A stretch of DNA of 20,000 nt from an uncultured virus (IMG/VR IMGVR_UViG_3300044645_000935) (IMGVR_UViG_3300044645_000935); one strand, 5' to 3'; positions 7,987 to 15,310 are shown, numbered from the stretch's first letter. Notes: generated by a model not told the origin, from the sequence alone. Numbers and translations are program-made.

Positions 7987-8200
7987 CTTGCCCCCTATTT
8001 ACCATAAACTCACTCTCGATATCAAAATTATCTAGGTCATGCTCGCTGACCATACCTCTGATTAAATACACGTCAGAGTTACCCGTAGTCCTAGCGTAAA
8101 ACTCATTAGTTTTAAGTAGTTCATTCCACTCGTTTGCTAACTCTGTCGCATCCTGCGGTGTCCCCACAAAGAATGTAGATACTTCGATGTTCTTTTCCAT
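7979..8200 (-). CDS. Hypothetical protein
   Basis: 73 aa ORF with TAATG coupling to the upstream gene. Confidence 0.7.
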   Translation of the reverse strand: MEKNIEVSTFFVGTPQDATELANEWNELLKTNEFYARTTGNSDVYLIRGMVSEHDLDNFDIESEFMVNRGQDE

Positions 8201-8643
8201 TAGATTACAATTTTTTTAGGTTGTACTTCAATTATAATATTCTCTTGATACACGTACTCAAGTTCATCCACTAGTCTAGCGTTGTCATACTCCTCATCAA
8301 ACTCACGCTCTCGCATGACAATGGGTGTAATCACCTCAACTATTTGACTCTCGGTCAAGTCTGTCGCAATCACGAAGTTCTCTTCATTAAATGCTGTGGT
8401 GCTGATTTCAAATGAATTGAATCTTCTAGGGTCATTTAGCGACACGTAGCCAACCTCTATTCCTATCTCAAGGCCATGCTTCTCTACTATCTCAAGTGCG
8501 GTGTCAATCCCGTACCCGTAAACCGAAGCCTCAGAGCCGTCATCGTATATGATAAACAACTCAAACAGGTCAGAAGCCCATATCTCTCTTGCTTTGTGGG
8601 TTACAATTAACCACACGAATCCGTCAATAATTCTAATGTCCAT
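8200..8643 (-). CDS. Hypothetical acidic protein
   Basis: 147 aa ORF in the operon. Confidence 0.75.
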   Translation of the reverse strand: MDIRIIDGFVWLIVTHKAREIWASDLFELFIIYDDGSEASVYGYGIDTALEIVEKHGLEIGIEVGYVSLNDPRRFNSFEISTTAFNEENFVIATDLTESQIVEVITPIVMREREFDEEYDNARLVDELEYVYQENIIIEVQPKKIVI

Positions 8644-8645
8644 GT

Positions 8646-9011
8646 CTAGAAGGATTTTTTAACTTTTAACAATCTGTGAGCAAATAGGCCATGATTACCG
8701 CATCCAATATAATTTGACTCTTGGTCAATAAGCGCGGTAACTTTTAAGACATCGCCTCTTTTTGGTGGGTTCTCTACGAGTTCTGTGTCGTCTAGAACCA
8801 CGACAATGTCTCCAACGCAAAGCGGGTTTCCATCGAAGTCATGGAATTGCAGGTCGATTAACAGGTCGCTGATTTCATCAATGTCGTGGTCATCTGCCCA
8901 CCTGTTAAGGATTACTTCTAGTATGTCCCTGTCGGATAAAGTACTAGATACTCTGTTGAAGTGTGTAACTACCCCGAAGTCGTGGCCATTACGTGTGTCT
9001 AATTGAATCAT
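8646..9011 (-). CDS. Hypothetical protein, C-terminal DxxGxPLxxGD (YopX/KOW-like strand) motif
   Basis: 121 aa; DFDGNPLCVGDIVVV. Confidence 0.7.
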   Translation of the reverse strand: MIQLDTRNGHDFGVVTHFNRVSSTLSDRDILEVILNRWADDHDIDEISDLLIDLQFHDFDGNPLCVGDIVVVLDDTELVENPPKRGDVLKVTALIDQESNYIGCGNHGLFAHRLLKVKKSF

Positions 9012-9045
9012 TGGTGTTTTGGTTAGGATTTAAACTAATTGTATT

Positions 9046-9076
9046 CGAAAGTAATTCGAGAAATATACTTATCAAA
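9046..9076 (-). promoter_or_regulatory. Bacteroidota-type primary-sigma promoter
   Basis: Minus strand TTTG-19 nt-TACTTTCG (consensus TTTG-19..21-TAnnTTTG). Confidence 0.65.
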
Positions 9077-9086
9077 ATAAATTGAA

Positions 9087-9239
9087 TTATTTTTTTACTC
9101 TAGCAAGTAATTCGCTACGTTTTATTGGATGGACGTACTTTGCGCACGCCCTGTCAATTGCCTCGAATGTGGAGGATGCTATGCCCTCCCAAATCAATTC
9201 CTTGCTTATCCACACGGAGTAATAATTTTTCTTTTCCAC
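9087..9239 (-). CDS. Small hypothetical protein, 50 aa, GTG start
   Basis: Translated by hand (VEKKNYYSVWISKELIWEG...); starts 3 nt after the previous stop. Confidence 0.5.
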   Translation of the reverse strand: MEKKNYYSVWISKELIWEGIASSTFEAIDRACAKYVHPIKRSELLARVKK

Positions 9240-9242
9240 GGC

Positions 9243-9527
9243 CTATTTTGTTTTAGTTAGATTAAATGGTACCCCATCCAAGCCCAACTCAAAGGTATAT
9301 CCCTTGGATTCTAGAATCTGTAGGTACTTGGCGCCCGTCTCGTAGTCGTATCCTTCACGCTCAAATTGGCTCAGCACATTTTGAATGCACAGCGGGAGCG
9401 TTTCGATTGTTTCGAATAGGTCCACATCTTTACAATTACCGCAAAGGTCCCCTTCAAACCACATATCATGGCGTCCCTGTGGGTGCCCACATTCTGAGCA
9501 GGTCCACACATCATTTGGCTTAGTCAT
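9243..9527 (-). CDS. Hypothetical protein with N-terminal Zn-finger-like CxxC...CxxC
   Basis: CSECGHPQGRH...CGNC; start MTKPND at 9527 overlaps the previous stop. Confidence 0.7.
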   Translation of the reverse strand: MTKPNDVWTCSECGHPQGRHDMWFEGDLCGNCKDVDLFETIETLPLCIQNVLSQFEREGYDYETGAKYLQILESKGYTFELGLDGVPFNLTKTK

Positions 9528-9723
9528 TTGGTCTCTTGGTGAATAGTAAAACAAAAGCCATCACAGACAGAAAACTAAGCAGGAACCCAACGAATACTAG
9601 GTCCACAACCGCACTAAAAGTGAACTCGGGAGTGTCCATGAGTAACTTGGTATACAATTTAATCGATGCACCTATAGTGAACAGGTAGCAAAGGGTAAGC
9701 AAAACTTTTTCAACTTTTTTCAT
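9520..9723 (-). CDS. Small membrane protein, two hydrophobic segments
   Basis: Start moved to MKKVEKVLL (9723) because the upstream extension runs through the hammerhead. Confidence 0.7.
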   Translation of the reverse strand: MKKVEKVLLTLCYLFTIGASIKLYTKLLMDTPEFTFSAVVDLVFVGFLLSFLSVMAFVLLFTKRPND

Positions 9724-9750
9724 GGTATTAAAATTTGCAGATTTATAATG

Positions 9751-9799
9751 CCGTTTCATCCTTTTGGAATCTTCAGTCGGGACACCCATCCCGATACGG
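9751..9799 (-). ncRNA. Type III hammerhead ribozyme
   Basis: CC-GUA / stem I UCGGGA-UGGGUG-UCCCGA / CUGAAGA / stem II U-UCC-AAAA-GGA-U / GAAA-CGG; stem III CCGU:ACGG; predicted cut between 9795 and 9794. Confidence 0.88.
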
Positions 9800-9824
9800 G
9801 GGAGCCCATGCAGGGCCCCCGACC

Positions 9825-10025
9825 TTAGCCTTTCTTTAGATTTAAGTTAGTTGGATAATAGCGCACGCCAATGGCGTCCGTCTCGGAATTGATGTTGAAT
9901 TTCTCATGCAGGGCCTCAAGTTCCTGCAGGTATTGAGCGCCTTGCTCAGCATCCAATCGGGTTAGGCGGTCGATTACTTCTTGAATCAAAACACGTCTCT
10001 TTTCATAATTAACTTGGTAAAACAT
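9825..10025 (-). CDS. Hypothetical protein
   Basis: 66 aa ORF with an A-rich leader. Confidence 0.7.
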   Translation of the reverse strand: MFYQVNYEKRRVLIQEVIDRLTRLDAEQGAQYLQELEALHEKFNINSETDAIGVRYYPTNLNLKKG

Positions 10026-10043
10026 AGTAGTAAGGGGTTTTGG

Positions 10044-10250
10044 TTATTTGTTTATTTTTAAGTCCTCATTATACAACCAATCGCCTGTCTTTAGGCCATT
10101 GGCAATCTCTTCGGCATACATATACTCGTAGGTAACCTTGCCGACCTTTACGTGGTATGTCTTACGACCTTCCACCTCACCTGCATTCTGAATCACAACC
10201 TTTTTTTGGTCGCATCCAAATAGACATAAGAAAATTAGTAGTGCTTTCAT
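10044..10250 (-). CDS. Hypothetical protein, possible lipoprotein signal
   Basis: MKALLIFLCLFGC resembles a short lipobox signal. Confidence 0.65.
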   Translation of the reverse strand: MKALLIFLCLFGCDQKKVVIQNAGEVEGRKTYHVKVGKVTYEYMYAEEIANGLKTGDWLYNEDLKINK

Positions 10251-10253
10251 GGC

Positions 10254-10463
10254 TCAGATATTATTTTGGTAGCAAAAGTTGTCAAAGTAGGCGTTCTCTT
10301 GAGCCTCCACATAGGCCAATTCAAGGGGCCTGTCGGCAATCCTGTAGTACTTTGAATCCTTGCAGTACGCCTTACCTTCAAAGTAAAATCGGTCGCCTTT
10401 GTTGATTGTTTGGCCCGTCTCAGCGCACTTGCTTTTGAATCGAGCAGTTAGGAATCGTCCCAT
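10254..10463 (-). CDS. Small hypothetical protein, Zn-ribbon-like
   Basis: ARFKSKCAETGQTINKGD...AYC pattern. Confidence 0.7.
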   Translation of the reverse strand: MGRFLTARFKSKCAETGQTINKGDRFYFEGKAYCKDSKYYRIADRPLELAYVEAQENAYFDNFCYQNNI

Positions 10464-10485
10464 AGTTTTAGTTGTTTTAATATAT

Positions 10486-10782
10486 TTATATAGTTATATA
10501 CTTTTTATAATCTAGTACTTCGTTATCGTCCATGTACCAAATCTTTTCACACTCGTTGAATGTCTTGAAATAGTAAACATCTTCCAATCTTGCACACATA
10601 AATATTGGCCGCTCAATTCCTTGATACATCATGTATGTTAATTCAATGCCATCCATGACTATCCAACATTGATTTTCCGATTCAGCCGTGTACTCAATTT
10701 TTCTTCCATTACATTGCTGATAATAGATTTCAAACAATATCCGCATTTTTTGTTCGCTTGACATTTTATTAAAATTTTGCAT
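10486..10782 (-). CDS. Hypothetical protein
   Basis: 98 aa ORF. Confidence 0.7.
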   Translation of the reverse strand: MQNFNKMSSEQKMRILFEIYYQQCNGRKIEYTAESENQCWIVMDGIELTYMMYQGIERPIFMCARLEDVYYFKTFNECEKIWYMDDNEVLDYKKYITI

Positions 10783-10790
10783 AGTTTTAG

Positions 10791-11060
10791 TTATTTTAAA
10801 TAGCCTTCAATTTGTTTTAATACATTCCATGCCCCGCCATAACTTCGGTCTTTTTTGCCCGTATCTTGGCTGTATTTATGGTTGAAAAATACCTCAGCAT
10901 TTTCATCTTGCCCATAGACCATAAAGTTGTAATACACATGGGAATTTTTGCGATTCAACTTGAATCCAAATATTCTAAAGCCGTTATTTAAATCGGCCCA
11001 ATGTATTCCCGTAAATTTAGGATTACTACGTACGGATTTTTCTAATTCAAATAGTTTCAT
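10791..11060 (-). CDS. Hypothetical protein
   Basis: 89 aa ORF preceded by the AAACACCTAAAA leader motif. Confidence 0.75.
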   Translation of the reverse strand: MKLFELEKSVRSNPKFTGIHWADLNNGFRIFGFKLNRKNSHVYYNFMVYGQDENAEVFFNHKYSQDTGKKDRSYGGAWNVLKQIEGYLK

Positions 11061-11075
11061 GATTTTTTAGGTGTT

Positions 11076-11651
11076 TTAGTTATGGTATTTTAAAATGATT
11101 TTGCTAGAAATATTTGTCCCATTTAGGTAATTGGTACCAAAGGTTGAATCGAATTCATTAAGCAGGTCGTATACTTGGTCCTTAGTCCTGCAGGTACCAA
11201 TCAAAAATGAGTTAGGGAATTTCATCTCCCAATCACTTCTTGGTGTATACTTTGTACATCTATGAGGGCCCCATAGGAAATATGGCTCGCAATTATATCC
11301 CTCATATACATCGAAGGCTTCTTGTTCCTCAGAATTAAGCAAAAGGATTACTTCAATTTCAGTTACATTTTGATTGATGCTTTTATAAAAATCAATCTTC
11401 CAAATTAGGAATTTCCATACTGCTTGATATACATCTTCTATGTAACCAAATGGGAGCACATTTTCTAACTGCTTTATGTACTCGGGAGCCAATGTAAACC
11501 ATTTTTCTTCTCGCATGATTTTAGCCACTACGGGCATAAGCCAATCCCATGATTCATGGTATTTTAATGCAGAGATTGAATCTTCTTTTGGCTTCATAAA
11601 ATCAGCGATAACTAAGTTTTTTTGCTGAATACTGAATAGATTTTCGGTCAT
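11076..11651 (-). CDS. Hypothetical protein, N-terminal ABA-sandwich-like motif
   Basis: NLVIADFM...KYHESWDWLMPVVAKI, a motif I recall from Bacteroidota phage proteins. Confidence 0.7.
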   Translation of the reverse strand: MTENLFSIQQKNLVIADFMKPKEDSISALKYHESWDWLMPVVAKIMREEKWFTLAPEYIKQLENVLPFGYIEDVYQAVWKFLIWKIDFYKSINQNVTEIEVILLLNSEEQEAFDVYEGYNCEPYFLWGPHRCTKYTPRSDWEMKFPNSFLIGTCRTKDQVYDLLNEFDSTFGTNYLNGTNISSKIILKYHN

Positions 11652-11691
11652 AATTTTAGGTGTTTAAGTTGATTAAATTGATTTAAAATTG

Positions 11692-11733
11692 CACCCTTTC
11701 GCAATCAAATGCCACGCTCATAGGCGAAGGGTG
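11692..11733 (-). ncRNA. tRNA-minihelix-like element B
   Basis: CACCCUU/AAGGGUG 7 bp; CGC-CUAUGA-GCG; UGGCA-UUUGAU-UGCGA. Confidence 0.7.
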
Positions 11734-11738
11734 TATAC

Positions 11739-11966
11739 TTATTTTGCGACCTTCTCCAATTCCTCAATTAAATCCATTTTCCAATATCCGCACATATTTT
11801 CAACACCAAATATGGTCATTGCAAGGTCTTGAATCCCATAGGCTTTCCCCCTATAATGAGCCGACATTTTTTCGTCATTTTTTGAATCGAAATAATCGAC
11901 CATGGTTGAATAAACTCTAAGAGAACTTGCTAGTTCTTTTGCCAATGTTTTTTTGTTTACTTTCAT
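11739..11966 (-). CDS. Hypothetical protein, 75 aa
   Basis: Start moved to MKVNKK (11966), directly after the leader motif. Confidence 0.75.
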   Translation of the reverse strand: MKVNKKTLAKELASSLRVYSTMVDYFDSKNDEKMSAHYRGKAYGIQDLAMTIFGVENMCGYWKMDLIEELEKVAK

Positions 11967-12001
11967 GATTTTTAGGTGTTTAAGTTGATAAATAAAGTTT
12001 G

Positions 12002-12045
12002 AACCAATGGAGGGATTCGAACCCTCCTTAATTCCAAAATTGGTT
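12002..12045 (-). ncRNA. tRNA-minihelix-like element C
   Basis: AACCAAU/AUUGGUU 7 bp; 11-nt linker; GGAGGG-UUCGAAU-CCCUCC canonical T loop. Confidence 0.7.
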
Positions 12046-12237
12046 TTATAAATTGACCTTGTTTGCAAGCCATAATTCATGGCCTGCAGTTATTAAGGAA
12101 TCGGCCTGCCTAGTGGTAAGGCCAAGTTCTAGACCTATGCTTCGGGCTCCGTTACCAACTACATAGTTTAGATGGAAGCATTTTATTACTAGGTCTATGC
12201 CCCATTTTTTGATGGCGATTTTTGATTTGTTAGTCAT
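12046..12237 (-). CDS. Hypothetical protein, possible HTH
   Basis: 63 aa; GARSIGLELGLTTRQADSLI. Confidence 0.7.
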   Translation of the reverse strand: MTNKSKIAIKKWGIDLVIKCFHLNYVVGNGARSIGLELGLTTRQADSLITAGHELWLANKVNL

Positions 12238-12260
12238 GTTTTTTGGTGTTTAAGTTTAAA

Positions 12261-12971
12261 TTAATGCTCCAATATTTGGATATTTTTGGTGCCCTTTCTA
12301 TGGCCACTGCAAAGGCCACATTTCTCGCACGTAGACTTGAAGCCCGCCTCTTTACTTGCAGGGCAAACTACAGCACCTACCAAGGGCTTGTCCGTAGCAA
12401 TAAACGAACGGAAGCCTAGATTTTTTGCTTGGTTGGATTGGATTTCGCTGTGAGTCGAAGCCATGAAGTATACAGAGTAGTCGGGCTTTTTGGCCCATTG
12501 GTGAGTATATCCTGTATGGCTTTTGCTCGCTTTAACCATGTCAGATACTAGGTCCAATGGCACCAAAGTAGGCTCTCCATAGGTCCCAAATCGAATGTAC
12601 TTGCCTGCAGACATTTCAACTATTTTGCTTTCTAGCAAGTGCACAGAAGGGATTTCCTGCACGTTTTGAAACTCACGTGCAATTGATTTAAGCATAGAAA
12701 CGAAGCCCGAATACTGCTGATATTTATGGGTATAACATTTCAAGTAGGCTCTAAATGGGCAATCAAAACATACAGAGTCGGCAAGGTCAAAAAACGTTTT
12801 AGGCTCAATTTTTTTGCCGTTTTTTACCGACTCAGATACGTAGTTGAATTGAGAATCTGAGAAACTATATACCTGCAAAATTTTCTCTGTGCCATTTGAA
12901 ATTTTGGCATTGGTGGTCCTGTCTAGTTTAAATACTAAAATGGCGCCATTTACTTTCGTAGTTACTCGCAT
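12261..12971 (-). CDS. Gp88-like cysteine-rich phage protein
   Basis: CFDCPF...KCY, IRFGTYGEP, HTGYTHQW, FMAS, VCPAS...TCEKCGLC; start moved to MRVTTK (12971). Confidence 0.65.
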   Translation of the reverse strand: MRVTTKVNGAILVFKLDRTTNAKISNGTEKILQVYSFSDSQFNYVSESVKNGKKIEPKTFFDLADSVCFDCPFRAYLKCYTHKYQQYSGFVSMLKSIAREFQNVQEIPSVHLLESKIVEMSAGKYIRFGTYGEPTLVPLDLVSDMVKASKSHTGYTHQWAKKPDYSVYFMASTHSEIQSNQAKNLGFRSFIATDKPLVGAVVCPASKEAGFKSTCEKCGLCSGHRKGTKNIQILEH

Positions 12972-13004
12972 AGGTGTTTTGGTTTTGGTTAAATTAAAGT
13001 TTGG

Positions 13005-13045
13005 TTCCCGCTCGCAATCGAATGCCACATCTTAAATGGCGGGAA
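13005..13045 (-). ncRNA. tRNA-minihelix-like element A
   Basis: UUCCCGC/GCGGGAA 7 bp followed by CCA; CAU-UUAAG-AUG; UGGCA-UUCGAU-UGCGA. Confidence 0.7.
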
Positions 13046-13052
13046 TATTTTT

Positions 13053-13271
13053 CTAGGCTAATCTAGGCACGAAGTGGTCGCAATCACTTCGCAGGCCATT
13101 ATAGTCGTGCAGGATTGTTTCAGCAACTTGGTAAGGAGCCAACACGTCAAGCAGGGCCAATTTTTCATAGTATGGCTCCAACTCCATGGCCATAAATGTG
13201 CACTCCCATGCACTTTTAGTTGATTTAAAATACTTCTCAATAATCAAGGCGGTCGCTAGTAAATTAGTCAT
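13053..13271 (-). CDS. Hypothetical protein, 72 aa
   Basis: Start moved to MTNLLA (13271), after a leader-like motif. Confidence 0.7.
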   Translation of the reverse strand: MTNLLATALIIEKYFKSTKSAWECTFMAMELEPYYEKLALLDVLAPYQVAETILHDYNGLRSDCDHFVPRLA

Positions 13272-13290
13272 GTTTTTAGATGTTTTAGGG

Positions 13291-13395
13291 TTATTTTTTC
13301 TTTTGAGTGAGTGCTGTATGGATAAATCCAAAAGCGAAAATGAATGCTGTGCCAATTGCAATGATGATTAGGTCTTGAATGATGTAAGGATTCAT
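13291..13395 (-). CDS. Small membrane peptide, 34 aa (MNPYIIQDLIIIAIGTAFIFAFGFIHTALTQKKK)
   Basis: Translated by hand; A-rich leader, one TM segment, basic tail. Confidence 0.6.
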   Translation of the reverse strand: MNPYIIQDLIIIAIGTAFIFAFGFIHTALTQKKK

Positions 13396-13421
13396 AGTTT
13401 TTTTTTGTTTATGGTTATAGA

Positions 13422-13730
13422 TTATTTAACTGCTTTTTTAAATGCTTTTAGGATAATGTTTAACGTGTAGTTTAAATGCTTACTGCCGTAATCATCACAT
13501 ACATCTTTTTTGTTCATGTTGTATCTTTCCTTAGTTTCAAAATAGGTGCTGTATTTAGATGCATCATCTGAAGGGCGAATGGTTACGAATTGGTTCTTTA
13601 CTTCAATGGGCTTGATTTGTACGTAGTGAGGCCAAGTCCCACCTGCATAGGTCAAAGGGATTTCGTCAGCATTGTTGACAGCCTCAAGCATGGAGTTGAT
13701 TTCTTCGATTTTTTTAAGTAGTGCTTTCAT
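13422..13730 (-). CDS. Hypothetical protein, first gene of the leftward arm
   Basis: 102 aa ORF with an A/C-rich leader. Confidence 0.8.
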   Translation of the reverse strand: MKALLKKIEEINSMLEAVNNADEIPLTYAGGTWPHYVQIKPIEVKNQFVTIRPSDDASKYSTYFETKERYNMNKKDVCDDYGSKHLNYTLNIILKAFKKAVK

Positions 13731-13796
13731 GTGTGTAAGTTGTTGATTTGTAGATAGTTAGATGATTTCTCGTATATCGGGCGTTTCCCGCATGTA

Positions 13797-13828
13797 CAAT
13801 AGTAGTACTTTTCTTTATTCTGTGCAAG
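13797..13828 (-). promoter_or_regulatory. Putative early promoter of the leftward arm
   Basis: CTTG-20 nt-TACTATTG; IHF-consensus box AATCAACAACTTA downstream at 13736-13748. Confidence 0.55.
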
Positions 13829-13869
13829 TAGTGGCGCATTTTTTTTTCAATATCCCTGCAATTTTTTTT

Positions 13870-14215
13870 CTGTCAGTTAGTTAGTGCACTAACTATTGGG
13901 GCGCAAAGTTTATGCAGGACAGGGAAGGGAAGGGTATAAAGAGAAGCCTGCTTTCTTCTCGCTCTGTTCTGTATGGAGCGCAGGAGCGGGAGCGGGCATG
14001 AGTAATGAAGGGCCCGTAGTGGTGCCATGGACGTGGGACGTGGTGCCTGTGGTCCTGCAGACATGGGGCCTGCATGGGGCTCAAGGTCGCCATGGGAAAA
14101 GCCAAAAAATCTGCCATGCGCCAAGGGAATCGCACCCCCCCCCCTTCAAAAAAAAAGTCGTTTCCGCCACAGGCCCGGCTGCGCAGAACCGCTACCGAAC
14201 CCCCACACTCTAATT
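13870..14215. other. GC-rich non-coding divergence region, candidate packaging/terminus region
   Basis: G-skewed top strand, clustered CATG, C10 (14135-14144) and A9 (14148-14156) runs, located at the strand switch. Confidence 0.4.
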
Positions 14216-14266
14216 ATCTAGTAAAATTTTTTACCTTTACGTAGTTGCAACTTAAACAAACTAGTT

Positions 14267-14500
14267 ATGAAAGGATTAAAGCTTAGTAACTCCATTTATT
14301 CAAAGATGAATATTGGTGGAGGATTAGATGTGAAGAACGGGAGGTTGATTAACAATCGTCCTGACGGTATGACGGGCCTTGCTCAGATGGCTGCTAATAA
14401 GAAGATTATGAAGCGCATTGACAAGGTTGGTATGATTGCTGAGGGTGTATCTATGGGATACATGAGAGCTGAGATGATGGAAGGTCCTGAAGAAATGTAA
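14267..14500 (+). CDS. Hypothetical protein
   Basis: 77 aa Met-rich ORF; TACCTTTA -7-like box at 14232-14239. Confidence 0.75.
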   Translation: MKGLKLSNSIYSKMNIGGGLDVKNGRLINNRPDGMTGLAQMAANKKIMKRIDKVGMIAEGVSMGYMRAEMMEGPEEM

Positions 14501-14502
14501 TT

Positions 14503-15153
14503 ATGAACTTACTTCAGGTTGATTTTCCATCTAGTCAATACATAGCGGAGGAGCATCCTAAAAAACAAATTTACCTACATCATACGGCAGGAAGTCCTAA
14601 TGGTGTAGGTACTTTTGGTTGGTGGGCATCCAATACTGAGAGGGTAGCTACGTGTGTTTCTATTTCGGGTATTGGTAAGGGATGTGTTGACGGTCAGATT
14701 GTGCAAGGGTTTAGCTCGAAGTTTTGGGCTTATCATTTAGGATTGCAGAAGATTACGTTTAGTAGTCGCAAGATTCCTTTTCAGCAGTTGGACAAGATTA
14801 GCATTGGTATTGAGATATGCAATTGGGGTAATCTTCGTGAGGCCAATGGTAAGTTTTACAATTACGTTGGTCGGGAGATGGACAAGGGAATCATTAAGTT
14901 GGACAAACCTTACAAGGGGTTTCAGTATTTCCATGATTACACGGATGCTCAGATTGAATCGGTAAAGGATTTGCTTTTACTTTGGAACAAGAGGTATGGT
15001 ATTCCGTTAGAATATCATGAAGATATTTGGGATATTACTCCAAGAGCTTTGAGAGGTGAGGCAGGTGTGTATACTCACAACTCTGTACGTAAGGATAAGA
15101 TTGACATCTACCCTCATCCTAGAATGATTGAGATGTTGAAAAGTTTGACTTAG
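14503..15153 (+). CDS. N-acetylmuramoyl-L-alanine amidase (Amidase_2 type), probable endolysin
   Basis: IYLHHTAG, WAYHLG, SIGIEICNWG, YTDAQIES, THNSVRKDKID. Confidence 0.88.
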   Translation: MNLLQVDFPSSQYIAEEHPKKQIYLHHTAGSPNGVGTFGWWASNTERVATCVSISGIGKGCVDGQIVQGFSSKFWAYHLGLQKITFSSRKIPFQQLDKISIGIEICNWGNLREANGKFYNYVGREMDKGIIKLDKPYKGFQYFHDYTDAQIESVKDLLLLWNKRYGIPLEYHEDIWDITPRALRGEAGVYTHNSVRKDKIDIYPHPRMIEMLKSLT

Positions 15154-15189
15154 CAATTCGGAAGTTATCCGAATTACAATTCTTTTTAT

Positions 15190-15261
15190 TACATTTGAAT
15201 ACATAGATAATTCGGGTGTTTTGTGTTTTAAAGGAGGGCTCACATTGGGTCCTCTTTTTTT
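15190..15261 (+). ncRNA. Candidate ~60-nt small RNA (promoter box plus terminator)
   Basis: TACATTTG at 15190-15197, no ORF, terminator ending at 15261. Confidence 0.45.
15233..15261 (+). terminator. Intrinsic terminator
   Basis: GGAGGGCTCA-CAT-TGGGTCCTCT followed by a T run. Confidence 0.8.
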
Positions 15262-15310
15262 ATTCCTAGTTTTATTTTTGCCCAATAGAAATCCTACAAT
15301 CTGCACAATA

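Noticed and set aside
9724..13361. Long N-terminal extensions of ORFs 9520-9789, 11739-12080, 12261-13028 and 13053-13361
   Set aside because: They run through RNA elements or other genes; downstream ATGs follow A-rich leaders.
13873..14221. Four overlapping ORFs in the GC-rich tract
   Set aside because: They overlap on both strands, have atypical composition, cross homopolymer runs and lack A-rich leaders; openness is explained by high GC.
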